In this document: positions 36,752 to 48,900 of the stretch, piece after piece | Layout: every line of letters starts with the position of its first letter | How positions within the stretch are numbered: the first letter of the stretch is position 1 | Assembly: GCF_004010195.1 (NCBI RefSeq) | Contig: NC_057718.1 | Location: forward strand, 5,995,110 to 6,059,109 | Source: Chiloscyllium plagiosum | Lineage: Eukaryota | Direction of reading: 5' to 3' | Length of the DNA stretch: 64,000 bases | The notes under the pieces: model-generated | The model's database searches: none | Told to the model about the DNA's origin: nothing | The model's input: only the letters and a program-made list of their open reading frames with translations | Program-made: the position numbers and the translations under genes

Positions 36752-36829
36752 CTGGAGGTCCAGGTAAGCCACGTTGTCCTGGTTTCCCAATGCCTGAACT
36801 GCCTTGTTCACCTTTCTCTCCAGGGCTTC
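36752..36829 (-). CDS. COL12A1: Collagen XII alpha1 exon, COL1, 78 bp (GSPGEKGEQGSSGIGKPGQRGLPGPP)
   Basis: ctaacag| ... |gtatgt, phase 1/1. Contains the first FACIT helix imperfection (GIG). Confidence 0.93.
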
Positions 36830-37160
36830 CTGTTAGTCAAGGGGGGAAAAGATGTACCATTGAGAGTGTGCTAAAACACAGGAAACTTCAAATGATTCAC
36901 TCACAATGCAATTAAAAAGTAAGCAACAACAGGTCAACTATCTGCACTTCCAACACTGTTGTTTGTCAAGAGAATGAATGTACCAGTATAACTGGTTTTA
37001 AGCGGGAATGAGCCATATGGCCCTCCATTAGTCAATAAAGTACTGAGGCCTCTGGTGTCATGTTAATCATGCCCATACCTCTGATCCAGGAGTGATAAAT
37101 GAAAGATGAATTAGCCTAACCTCAGTGATGGACAAAATATTATCATTTAACAAGTTGGCA

Positions 37161-37496
37161 AGGGGTGGCTCAGTGGTTAGCACTGCTGCCTCACAGTGCC
37201 AGGGACCCAGGTTCGTTTCCAGCCTCAGGTAAATGCCTGTGTGAAGTTTGCACATTCTCCCTGTGCCTGTGTGGGTTTCCTCGGGTAGCTCCGGTTTCCT
37301 CCCATAGTCCAAAAATATGTTCAGGTTAGGTGAATTGCCCACAGTGTCCATGGATGTGCAGGTTAGGTGGATTAGCCATGGGAAATGCAGGGTTACAGGG
37401 ATGGGGTTGTGAGTCTGGGTGGGATACTCTATGGAGAATCAGTGCAGACTTGATGAGCTGAATAGCCTGCTTCCACACCATAGGGATTCTATTCTG
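37161..37496 (+). mobile_element. HE1-type V-SINE
   Basis: Same head and V-domain as the other copies. Confidence 0.88.
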
Positions 37497-37524
37497 TGAC
37501 AAGTCCAGGATGAACAATCAGTAT

Positions 37525-38490
37525 TTTGCATGGATTTGTTAAGGGAAGGTCATGTCTGCCTAACTTGACTGAAGCTTTTGAGAGGGTAACAAGGAATATT
37601 GATGAGATTGGCATGTTAATGACAGTCTACTGGCAATTTAGCAAAGCTTTTGACAAGGTCCCATATGGTAGATTGGTCACAAAAATAAAAACCTGTGGGA
37701 TTCACAGGAAGTTGGCAAATCTGGATCCCAAATTGGCTCAGCAACATGAAGGGTAAAGATTGACTGGTACTTTTGTAACTGGGAAATATTTGCCGATGTA
37801 TTTTCATGGAGCTCAGAGTTGGTGCTGCTTTTTGTGGGATATATTAACTATTCGGACTTAAGTATAGTTGGCATAATTAAGAATTTTTCAGCTAAAACAA
37901 AAATCGGCCAGGTAGTTTGATATTGTGGAATAAAACTGCAGGAATATATCAGTGGAGCGGTCAGGTGGAGAAGAAAAAAATGGAACTCTAATCCAGCAAA
38001 ATGTGAGATAATATATTTCAGGAATGCAAACTTGAATACACAACAAGTGATAAATAAGAAATGAGAAATGTAGAGAAACAGATGGACCAAGGAATGCATT
38101 TCCATTATCCTCTGAAGGTATCAGGTCAGGTCAATAATGCTGATGGGATATATTCCTCATTAAGTGAATCATTGATTTTAAAAGGAGGTTGTGCTGGAAT
38201 ATTATAAACACCTCCTTCGGTTGCAGCTAGACTACTGCATACAGTTTTGGTCATCACTTCAGAGGTCAGAGGTCAGATTTAAAGTGAGTGGCATAAGGAC
38301 CAGAGGGGAGATGAAGAGAAATCCTTTAAGCAGAAATAGACAACTTCTGGGTCTACCTGGGAATCTAGGGATGTGCGGAGCAGATGGGAAAATGAAGGTA
38401 AAGGTGAAGGCGAAGATCATACTGAATGATGGAACAGGTTTGATGGGCCAAATTGTCCGCTCCTGCTTGTATTTCTACATTCTTATGTTG
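37525..38490 (+). mobile_element. Degenerate CR1 RT fragment
   Basis: HGFVKGRSCLPNL and FSKAFDKVP motifs. Confidence 0.85.
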
Positions 38491-38544
38491 AGGCTGTTAA
38501 GTATCAGGAACTAGGTCTTGAAAGAATAGATGAGGGTATACCTT

Positions 38545-38840
38545 TAATGCATTGTCTGAGCTGAGATGTCACCTTTTTTTATATAAAACCTTAAGTTATC
38601 TCGAGAATGTGACTTAAAAGAATTTCTGGGATTTACATATTAATGAACTTGCACACCAATCTAAAAGATGAAAGACTTAACAGCAATTTGGTTGCATGAC
38701 ACTGCATTCTTTTGCTATAAATTCTGTGTCTTATGGGCCTGCTCCACAGCTACCTGATGAAGGAGCAGCGCTCTGAAAGCTAGTGCTTCCAAATAAATCT
38801 GTCAGACTATAACCTGCTCTTGTGTGATTTTTAATTTTGA
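38545..38840 (+). mobile_element. Solo Penelope pseudo-LTR
   Basis: Homologous to 13850-14135. Confidence 0.75.
38751..38785 (+). ncRNA. Minimal hammerhead ribozyme motif
   Basis: UAC-CUGAUGA-A-GGAGC(agc)GCUCU-GAAA-GC-UA-GUG. Confidence 0.7.
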
Positions 38841-39078
38841 AAGAATACAGCATCAAAACCCTCATTGTATATAAAAAGCAATTGACTATGCATCTTAAGA
38901 GCTGTAACCTACAGCTGTATGGACTAAGACTGGGGAGGTAATTGAGCTGAATAGCTTTTTCCAAGATCAGGTGTGATGGGCTCAGTTGCTACCTTCTGTA
39001 ACATGCATATTTGTAAATCTATAAGGAGCTTTAAGTCTGGCAAATGTAATTTCAAATTCCCGACGAGGTGCCTCTTAC

Positions 39079-39267
39079 CTCTTTCACCAGCTCGGCCTTG
39101 ATCACCAGGGGATCCTGGGAAACCTGGTGGGCCTGGGGGTCCTGCTTCTCCGAGTTGTCCAGCACTACCTGGTGGACCAGGTGGACCAGGTGGACCAGGA
39201 ACAGCTCGGTTCGAGTAGTAACCGTTGGGGATTTGGTTTATCAATGAGTTCACTCTCCTCATATGGT
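39079..39267 (-). CDS. COL12A1: Collagen XII alpha1 exon, NC2/COL1, 189 bp ([37 protein letters not shown]...GRAGER)
   Basis: tttgcag| ... |gtaaga, phase 1/1. Overlaps ORF 38924..39262. NQIPN motif followed by Gly-X-Y. Confidence 0.95.
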
Positions 39268-39876
39268 CTGCAAATTAGAAGATAAATGTTAACATTATCT
39301 CGAGCCAGCAGCTAACTTTTCATTCCGTACTTGCTATGCATTTGATACTCCTATCTTTTGGTGCAATGACCAGACCCAGAAATACTTGCCTGCCTGAACA
39401 ATTTTGTGTAAGTAATGCAGTTAAGGCTTCCACTGTGTTTTAATTCAACCTTTTGTGAACTATTCACAGCCATTTCCCTACCTTGTGGCCCAGGGGGGAA
39501 AACCAGTAATACTTGGTCGTGTCAGCACCCCACTTTGAAATATACAGGAAAGGTCAGGAAGGGACGTACCATTCAACAGCTTTTTCTGGATTTCCTCCTG
39601 GCAGAACAGCATCACCTGTTAACTAAAGATTGGAAATTGGAGTAGGAGCAGGTCATTCAGCCCCGTGAGCCTGCTCTGCCCTTCAGTACGATCATGGCTG
39701 GCGATCCAAGTAGTACCCTGTTGCTGTTTTTCTCCACATAACCTTTAACTCTATAAGCCATATGTAACTCCTTCTTGAAAACATTCAGTGTTTTTCCCTC
39801 AATCACTTTCTATGACGGAGAATCCCAACAGACTCACCACTCTCTGGGTGAAGAAGTTTCTCCACGTCTTACAGGG

Positions 39877-40620
39877 AGGCAATGGACTGGTGATAATGTC
39901 ACTAGACTATTAATCCAGAATTTAGCTAATCTTCTGGGGCCTGGATTTGAATCCCACCACAGCAGATGGTAGAACTTTGAATTAAGAATCTATTGATGGC
40001 CATGAAACCGTTGTTAATTGTCAGAAAACCCACCTAGTTCACTAATGCTGTTTTGGGAAGGAAATCTGCTATCCTTACCTGGTCTGGCCTATATGTGACT
40101 CCAGACCCACAGTAATGGGGTTGACTCTCAACTATCTTCAACTGCCCTCGAAATATATAAGCCACTACGAAGTCTCAACAAAAAAATGAAACTGGATGGG
40201 TCAGCCTGCATCAGCCTAGGCACTGGAAAAGACAACGGCAGAAACAGCGCTGTCAACTCTTCAAAGTCTGCATCACTAACTTCTGGGGTCTAGTTCCAAC
40301 ATTGGGAGAGCTGTCTCACCCAGACTCACAAAGCAATAGTCCAACATATTCGCACTCATGGAATCATACCTGACAAGGTTCCGGACACCATGATACCATC
40401 CCTGGATATGTCCTGTCCCATTGGCAGGACAGACCCAGCAGAGGTGGTGGCACAGTGGTATACAGTCAGGAGGGAGTTTCTTCAACATTGACTCTGGGCC
40501 CCATGTGTCTCGTAGCTTCAGGTTAACAGGGACAAGGAAACCTCCTACTGATTCCCAAGTACCATCCTCTCTCAGCTGATGAATGTTGAACAGCACTTAG
40601 AGGAAGTGCTGAGGATGGCA
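39877..40620 (+). mobile_element. Older CR1/L2-group LINE, 5' part (tRNA-like head and degenerate APE N-terminus)
   Basis: A-box- and B-box-like head, then RQDRPSRGGGTVVYSQ-type APE sequence. Continues at 44868. Confidence 0.7.
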
Positions 40621-40812
40621 GAGAGTAGCGGGAGCTGGGCGGAAGTGAAGTCGGAGTGCAAAGCCGGTCGGGAAGGTAAGTGATTGTTATTTGAGTGGAG
40701 AAGGAACCCGAGACACTACACGTGTAGTGTCTCCCACCCTCCATCCTCCTGTAACCTTAAAAAAAAAGGTAAACTACTTGGTGTTCTTGTTTTGGAGACT
40801 AAGTGTAGAGTT

Positions 40813-41742
40813 ATGGCAGCGCAGGCAGTGGAATGTTCCTCCTGCAGGATGTTTGAGGTAGGGGTGACCACCGATGCTCCTGCTGACTTCATCTACAGGA
40901 AGTGCAGCCAGCTCCAACTCCTCACAGACCGTGTTAGGGAACTGGAGCTGGAGTTGGATGAACTGAGAATTATTCGAGAGGCTGAGAGGGTGATAGATGG
41001 AAGCTACAGGGACATAGTTACGCCAGAGTACAGAGGTAGCTGGGTAACAGTTAGAGGTGGGAAGGGGAGGAAGCAGGTAGTGCAGAGATCCCCTGTGGTC
41101 GTTCCCCTCAACAATAAGTATACCGCTTTGGATACTGTTGGGGGGGACAGCCTAGCAGGGGTAAGCTGCAGTGACCAGGTCTCTGGCACAAGGTCCGGCT
41201 CTGAGGCTCAGAAGGGAAAGGGGGAGAGGAGGAGAGCGCTAGTTATAGGAGACTCTATAGTTAGAGGGACAGACAGGGGGTTCTGTGGACATGGGAGAGA
41301 CTCTCAGTTGGTTTGATGCCTCCCGGGTGATAGGGTCCGAGACGTCTCGGACCATGTCTTCAGAAAACTTAAGGGGGGGGATGTGCAGCCAGAAGTCGTG
41401 GAGCACATTGGCATCAACGACATGGGTAAGAAAAGGGATGGGGAGGTAATTCAGGAGCTCAGGGAGTTAGGCTGGAAGCTAAAAGCTAGGACGGACAGAG
41501 TCGTCATCTCTGGGTTGTTGCCGGTGTCACGTGACAGTGAGGCAAGGAATAGGGAGAGAGTGCAGTTGAGCACGTGGCTGCAAGGATGGTGTAGGAGGGA
41601 GGGCTTCAGGTATTTGGACAATTGGACTGCATTCTGGGGAAGGTGGGACCTGTACAAACAGGACGGGTTGCACCTGAACCAGAAGGGCACCAATATCCTG
41701 GGAGGTAGGTTTGCTAGCACTCTTCGGGGGGATTTAAACTAA
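40813..41742 (+). pseudogene. CR1 ORF1: zinc finger, leucine zipper and SGNH esterase; disrupted
   Basis: MAAQAVECSSC, heptad LTDRVRELELELDEL, GDSIVRG, IGIND and DGLHLN motifs. In-frame TGA at 41314-41316 and a frameshift near the G-run at about 41373. Confidence 0.9.
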
Positions 41743-41825
41743 TTTGGCAGGGGGATGGGATCCGGACTTGTAGTCCAGCAAGTAGGCTAGCTGTTTGTCA
41801 GCATGTCCAAGAATGTAGGGAGGCT

Positions 41826-44792
41826 GTGAAGAAGGTAGCACTGACAGGGAATACTTACGGACACAGAGATGGGTTCAAGTGTGTATACTTCAACGCAAGG
41901 AGTATCAGAAATAAGGTCGGTGAACTTAAGGCGTGGATAGGTACCTGGGACTACGATGTTGTGGCCATCACGGAAACATGGATAGAAGAGGGACAGGAAT
42001 GGTTGTTGGAGGTTCCTGGTTACAGATGTTTCAGTAAGATTAGGGAGGGTGGGAAAAAAGGAGGGGGGGTGGCATTGCTAATTAGAAATGGTATAACGGC
42101 TGCAGAAAGGAAGTTTGAGGGGGATCTGCCTCTGGAGGTAGTATGGGCTGAAGTCAGAAATAGGAAAGGAGCAGTCACCTTGTTGGGTGTTTACTATAGG
42201 CCCCCCAATAGCAGCAGAGATGTGGAGAAACAGATGGGGAAACAGATTTTGGAAAGGTGCAGAAACCACAGGGTAGTAGTCATGGACGATTTCAACTTCC
42301 CAAATATTGATTGGAAGCTCTTTAGATCAAGTAGATTGGATGCGGCGGTGCTTGTGCAGTGTGTCCAGGAAGCTTTTCTAACGCAGTATGTAGATTGTCC
42401 AACCAGAGGGGAGGCCATATTGGATTTGGTACTCGGTAATGAACCGGGACAAGTGGGGGGCTTGTTAGTGGGTGAACATTTTGGTGATGGTGACCACAAT
42501 TCTGTGACTTTCACCTTGGTGATGGAGAGAGATAGGTGCGCACAACAAGGTAGATTTTATAATTGGGGGAAGGGAAATTACGATGCTGTAAGGCAGGATT
42601 TGAGGAGCATACGTTGGGAGCATAGGCTGACAGGGAAGGATGTGGTGGAAATGTGGAACTTCTTCAAAGAGCAGATACGACGTGTCCATGAAATGTATGT
42701 ACCTATCAGGCAGGAAAGAAATGGTCGTGTGAAGGAGCCTTGGTTGACGAGAGAGGTTGAATGTCTGGTAAAGAGGAAGAAGGAGGCTTACATAAGGTTG
42801 AGGAAACAGGATTCAGACAGAGCAGTGGAGGGATACAGGATAGCCAGAAAGGACCTGAAGAAAGGGATTAGGAGAGCTAAGAGAGGGCATGAAAAATCGT
42901 TGGCGGATAGGATCAAGGATAACCCCAAGGCATTTTATGCGTATGTGAGAAACCTGAGAATCACGAGAACGAGGGTAGGTCCGATCAAGGACAGTAGTGG
43001 GAGACTGTGTATTGAGTCGGAAGAGATAGGAGAGGTCTTGAACAAGTACTTCTCTTCAGTATTTACGAACGAGAGGGACCGTATTGTAGAAGAGGAGAGT
43101 GTGAAATGGACTGGTAAGCTAGAAGAGATACCTGTTAGGAAGGAAGATGTGTTGGACATTTTGAACAACTTGAGGATAGACAAGTCCCCCGGGCCTGACG
43201 GGATATATCCTAGGATTATGTGGGAAGCAAGAGAGGAAAGTGCAGTACCGTTGGCAATGATCTTCTCGTCTTCACTGGCAACGGGGGTGGTACCAGGGGA
43301 CTGGAGAGTAGCGAATGTTGTGCCCCAGTTCAAAAAAGGGAATAGGGATAACCCCGGGAATTACAGGCCTGTTAGTCTTACTTCTGTGGTAGGCAAAGTA
43401 ATGGAAAGGGTACTGAGGGATAGGATTTATGAGTATCTGGAAAGACACTGCTTGATTAGGGACAGCCAGCACAGATTTGTGAAGGGTAGGTCTTGCCTTA
43501 CAAGTCTTATTGAATCCTTCGAGGAGGTGACCAAGCATGTGGATGAAGGTAGAGCAGTGGATGTAGTGTACATGGATTTTAGTAAGGCATTTGATAAGGT
43601 TCCCCATGGTAGGCTTATGCGGAAAGTCAGGAGGCACGGGATAGAGGGAAATTTGGCCAATTGGATAGAAAACTGGATAATTGGCCAATTGGATAAAAAC
43701 CAGTCGAAGTCAGAGAGTGGTGGTAGATAGCAAATATTCAGCCTGGAGCCCAGTTACAAGTGGAGTTCCGCAGGGACCAGTNNNNNNNNNNNNNNNNNNN
43801 NNNNNNNNNNNNNNNNNNNNNNNNNNNNNNNNNNNNNNNNNNNNNNNNNNNNNNNNNNNNNNNNNNNNNNNNNNNNNNNNNNNNNNNNNNNNNNNNNNNN
43901 NNNNNNNNNNNNNNNNNNNNNNNNNNNNNNNNNNNNNNNNNNNNNNNNNNNNNNNNNNNNNNNNNNNNNNNNNNNNNNNNNNNNNNNNNNNNNNNNNNNN
44001 NNNNNNNNNNNNNNNNNNNNNNNNNNNNNNNNNNNNNNNNNNNNNNNNNNNNNNNNNNNNNNNNNNNNNNNNNNNNNNNNNNNNNNNNNNNNNNNNNNNN
44101 NNNNNNNNNNNNNNNNNNNNNNNNNNNNNNNNNNNNNNNNNNNNNNNNNNNNNNNNNNNNNNNNNNNNNNNNNNNNNNNNNNNNNNNNNNNNNNNNNNNN
44201 NNNNNNNNNNNNNNNNNNNNNNNNNNNNNNNNNNNNNNNNNNNNNNNNNNNNNNNNNNNNNNNNNNNNNNNNNNNNNNNNNNNNNNNNNNNNNNNNNNNN
44301 NNNNNNNNNNNNNNTGAAGTGGTGTTGCAGCTGTACAGGACTTTGGTTAGGCCACATTTGGAGTATTGTGTGCAGTTCTGGTCGCTTCACTTTAGGAAAG
44401 ATGTGGAAGCTTTGGAGAGGGTGCAGAGAAGATTTACCAGGATGTTGCCTGGAATGGAGAATAGGTCGTACGAGGATAGGTTGAGAGTGTTAGGCCTTTT
44501 CTCATTGGAACAGCGAGGGATGAGGGGTGACTTGATAGAGGTTTATAAGATGATCAGAGGAATAGGTAGAGTAGACAGTCAGAAACTTTTTCCCCGGGCA
44601 CAACCGAGTGTTACAAGGGGACATAAATTTACGGTGAAGGGTGGAAGGTATAGGGGAGATGTCAGGGGTAGGTTCTTTACCCAGAGAGTGGTGGGGGCAT
44701 GGAATGCGCTGCCTGTGGGAGTGGCAGAGTCAGAATCATTGGCGACCTTTAAGCGGCAATTGGATAGGTACATGGATAGGTGCTTAGGCTAG
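41826..44792 (+). pseudogene. CR1 ORF2: APE endonuclease and reverse transcriptase; frameshifted, RT core in assembly gap
   Basis: YFNARS, ITETW, YRPP, DFN, GDHN, KSPGPDG, NYRPVSL, DFSKAFDKVPH, VPQG and RPHLEYC motifs. Confidence 0.93.
43782..44314. other. Assembly gap (533 N)
   Basis: Run of N. Confidence 1.
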
Positions 44793-44867
44793 GCCAAATG
44801 TTCGGCACAACATCGTGGGCCGAAGGGCCTGTTCTGTGCTGTATTGTTCTATGTTCTATGTTCTATG

Positions 44868-45640
44868 ACACAAAACGTATCCTGGGTGGGGGATTTCAAT
44901 GTCACCATCAAGAGTGGCTCGGCAGCAATACGACTGATGGAGCTGGACGGGTCCTAAAGGACTGAGCTGCTAAACTGGGTCTGCAGCAGGTGGTGAGGGA
45001 ACCACCAAGAGGGAAAACCATACCTAACCTCATCCTTACCAATTTGCCGGCTGCAGATGCATCTGTCCATGACAGCATCGGTAAGAGTGACCACTGCACA
45101 GTCCTTGTGGAGACAAAGTCCCACCTTCACATTGATAATACTCTTCATCTTGATGTTGGCACTATCACTGTGCTAAATAGGACAGATTTCAAACAAATCA
45201 AGCAATTCAAGACTGGGTCTCCATGAGGCGCTGTGGGTCATCAACAGCAGCAAAATTGTACTCCAGCACAGTCTGTAATCTCTTGGACTGGCATATCCCC
45301 TACTCAACCATTACCATCAAGCCAGGAGATCAAGCCTGGTTCAATGGAGAGTGCAAGAGAGCATGCCAGGAGCAGCACCAGGCATATCTGAAGATGAGGT
45401 GTCAACCTGGTGAAGCCACCAAGTAGGACCACATGCACACCAAACAACGTAAGCAGCAAGTGATAGACAGCATCAAGCAATCTCACAACTAACAAATCAG
45501 ATCTAATCTCTGCAGTCCTGGCATATCCAATTCTGGACGGTGGACCTTCACAAATATTCCCATCCTCAATAATGGAAGAGCTCAACACATCAGTGCAAAA
45601 GATAAGGCTGAAGCTTTCACAGCAATCTTCAGCCAGAGCC
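44868..45640 (+). mobile_element. Continuation of the same older LINE (APE C-terminus and linker)
   Basis: WVGDFNV, QVVREPPRGK..NLILTN, IGKSDH and DQAWFN motifs. Confidence 0.8.
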
Positions 45641-45767
45641 AGCTAGATAATAGCCAATATGAAATACTTCAGGTAAACTAAATTAAATGATTTAGACTAA
45701 CAGGTATGCTCTTAAATTTTAGCCAATGATGCTCTGAACCAGCTAAGAGTCATAATTTTATTTCATA

Positions 45768-46076
45768 AAATCCCTACAGTGTTCCATTCAGCCCAACAAG
45801 CCCACACCAACTTTCTGATGAGTATCCCAGCCAGACTCACCCCCTTACCCTATCACCTCACATTTCCCATGGCTAATCCATCTAACCTACACATCCCTGG
45901 ACCCTACAGGCAATTTAGCATGGTCAATCCACCTAAACTGCACATCTTTGGACTGTGGGAAAAAACCCACTCAGAAATTGGGAGAACGTGCAAACTCCAT
46001 ACAGACAGTTGCCCGAGGCTGGAATTGAACCGAGGTCCCTTGTGGTGTGAGGTAGCAGTGCTAACCATTGAGCCAT
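45768..46076 (-). mobile_element. HE1-type V-SINE
   Basis: Same head and V-domain as the other copies. Confidence 0.85.
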
Positions 46077-46079
46077 CAT

Positions 46080-46402
46080 ATTTGTTCAGGTGTTGTGGGT
46101 ATCGGTGGCTAGACCAGCATTCATTGCCCTTCTCTAATTGCCTAGAGGGCAGTTAAGAGTCTACCACATTCCTGTGGGCCTGGAGTCACATGTAGGCTAG
46201 ACCAGGTAAGGATGGAAGATTTTCATTCTTAAAGAACATTCGCAAACCAGGTGGGTTTTACCTGACAATCTGCAACAATTTCACCATTACATTCTTATTT
46301 CCAGATTTTTTATTGGGTATTCCATATTTTATCTAGTCCCAGGACATTGTCTGAGTCTCTCGATTAATAGTCTAGCAATAACACCCCTGGGTGATCACTC
46401 CA
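46080..46402 (-). mobile_element. tRNA-headed bipartite SINE
   Basis: Head and body match 39877-40150. Tail matches the LINE 3' end at 52980-53070. Confidence 0.75.
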
Positions 46403-48355
46403 CTTTGTTTAAAGTGGTATCTTCCTTTTTTTAGATCATAGTTCAAAATTAAAGGAAATGAAAGGAGCTTTACAAAGCTAAGAGGCGATATGATGGTTTT
46501 TTCAAAATTATGAGGGGTCTGCATACAGTGAATTGGAAGAAGCTGTTGCTGCTTTCAGAAGGATAATGAACAAGGGGCTCAGATTTAAAGTAATCTGAAA
46601 CAGATGCAAGGTCAGAAAACACTTCTTATTTTAACAAGTGGTTTAGGTCTGCAAATGTGCTGCCCAGAAGTGTGATGAAGGCAAGTATCTAAAAGGTCAT
46701 TGGTTGGTTATTTAAATAGAAACAATGTTCAAGTGTATGGCACCGAGTAATGATACCCATGTGGAGAGCTGCAGCAGACAAAAAGGGCTGAATGGCCTTC
46801 TCCTGCAGCATTACCAATCTGTGATGTTGGGAAATGTTTGATCTGTCTGAACAGAAGCAAATCATTGTGAGGTGACGTGGTTCAGTTGCTGATCTTTGAT
46901 CTCAGCGGGATATGGACTTCCTTGCAACATGCTAGGAGCTTTGTGAAGTTGGCAAACATCAGCCTGCTTGGGGGAGATCTGAAGAGAAAGCTGGTCATGA
47001 GAGCATTCATATTCTGAGCTGTACTCACTACCTAATCATCCTATTGCAGACACACATACAACTAGTGTCCAAGAATTGAAATAATTTTTTAAAAGATTAT
47101 GAATGTCTTTTGTCCAGTTAATGATAAACCTAAATATGAACACACATACATTTTCTATATATATGTATGTAAAGATATACAAACACATCTAAATATAACA
47201 CATATCTACATCACCACTCATATTGATGATTATGGCAAAGTAAAATCCAGTAGAATTAACCATCTAGTCTACACTTACTCAGGATTTGTATGACTAGATA
47301 TCAAGAATTTTCAGCAAATATTTTACCATATCCTCAGTCAAAGATTGTCATACAAACAACTCCATCATTGGCATTCAACTAAATAATGATTGAATGAACA
47401 ATGTTTGTTTGCAGTCTTTTATGACTGAATTTCCACAGTGAGTTTACTCCTCCTCTGTTCCTAATCTGTTGCAAGTTCTGAGTGCATGCTTCCTGCACTT
47501 ACCTTTGCAGTAAGAACGGATGAAAGGCATACATTTCTATAGTGCCTTCCAGGACCTCAAAATGTCCCAAAGCACCCCACAGCCAACAGAGTTCTTTTGA
47601 AGTGTAGTCTCTGTTTTAACGAAGCAAACCCAGCTGCCAATTAATGCACAGCAAGAGCCACAATGGGAATAGCATGTCTGAATGCCATCTGTCATTACTG
47701 GGAGGTCAATTGTTGTAGGTTCTCATTTCCTGCTCCTGACTCTAAGGACTCACAAAACACTTTAAATACCACTGGAGATATTTGATATGTCGGCATTATT
47801 GAAGTGTCCTCAAGTTTAGCTGAACCTTCTTTTGGTCTACATATCAGTTTCAGAAACTTATGGTCCATTTTACATACTCTTTTGATTGTATAAGTGTTTG
47901 TGTAAACTTCCCCTCTCCACCCCTTCCCCCAAGGAAACCAATTGATAAATATAAGATATTAAAGTTCGCAGAAGAAAATTGGCATTTGAAATGTTGACCG
48001 CCCACTATTTACCACTTAACAAGAGAAGGCTTTGTCTGTTTACAAATATGAAATAGCTAGATTGAACGGGGACAAGTAAAACCTGGGTGTGTGTGCCAAA
48101 ATTCTCCGACTGGTGTGTCAGGCAACTGACAGCGAACTTCAGTCCTGTGGCTCCGAAGATGGAAAGTATGATTGTAATTGGCTAAATGATGTGAAATGCT
48201 TTCTTTGCACCACCTCACTCTCAGATACATGAGAATGTAGATCAGGTAATGCTAATTGCTGTCTCGAGTGCATGGAAACAGAAACATCATAGAGTTCCAA
48301 CTCTAGTCGCAACAACCTTGAGGTTTCCCTGAGTAACCAACCCAGTCATACTCAC

Positions 48356-48422
48356 TGTTCATCAGCTGCTCACAGACCTGCCTTGAAATTGCTCTCATCA
48401 TGTTCTGGGGGGCAAAGTCACC
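48356..48422 (-). CDS. COL12A1: Collagen XII alpha1 exon, NC2, 67 bp (GDFAPQNMMRAISRQVCEQLMN)
   Basis: tttccag| ... |gtgagt, phase 0/1. QNMMRAxxRQVCEQL is the collagen XII NC2 signature. Confidence 0.95.
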
Positions 48423-48499
48423 CTGGAAACATTATGAAAAAAGGAAACACATATCACAAATTCAATTATCAGAAAGGAATAGGAAAAGAAAAGTTAGAT

Positions 48500-48900
48500 C
48501 TGTCATTTATCTTTCAGAACTTTAGTGCATTCCAAAGTGTTCAGTAGCCAAAGATGTACTTTTGAAGTATGGTCACATTAAATTGGAGCGAACATGGCAG
48601 CCAATTTTCAGACAATGAGCCCCCAGAAGCAGCAATGAAATGAATTACCAGATGTTTGTTTTTAGGTAATGGCTGAAGGGTGAACTTCAGCCAGCAAACC
48701 ACAAAAATGTGCTGATTCCTCGGCAAAGAGGGCAGTGGGATCAGATGCACTCTCCTGTAGTTTAATGTCTAATCCACAGGAGGATATGTTTGACAGTGCA
48801 GCACAACCTCGGTACTGGCCTGGAAAAGTATCCTCAATGATGGTCTCAAATCTCTGGAGTGGGGTTTGAGCTCACAAAATTCTCACTCAGAAGTGAGGGC
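48500..48900 (-). mobile_element. DeuSINE-like (SacSINE1/AmnSINE-type) SINE
   Basis: tRNA head, Deu-like core 'tgctgcactgtcaa' and tail 'cttcaaaagtac'. Tail fragments also at 47525-47665, 5925-6060 and 62500-62620. Confidence 0.6.

Larger units (their letters stand above)
40621..44867 (+). mobile_element. Near full-length CR1 LINE (5'UTR, ORF1, ORF2, (TTCTATG)3 tail)
   Basis: ORF1 and ORF2 domains are recognisable and the 3' microsatellite tail is at 44847-44867. It interrupts an older LINE. Confidence 0.95.

Noticed and set aside
38924..39078. ORF extension beyond the collagen exon
   Set aside because: Intron read-through after the GTAAGA donor; Gly-X-Y is lost.
43681..44484. Long ORFs spanning X residues
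   Set aside because: Artefacts of the 533-N gap.
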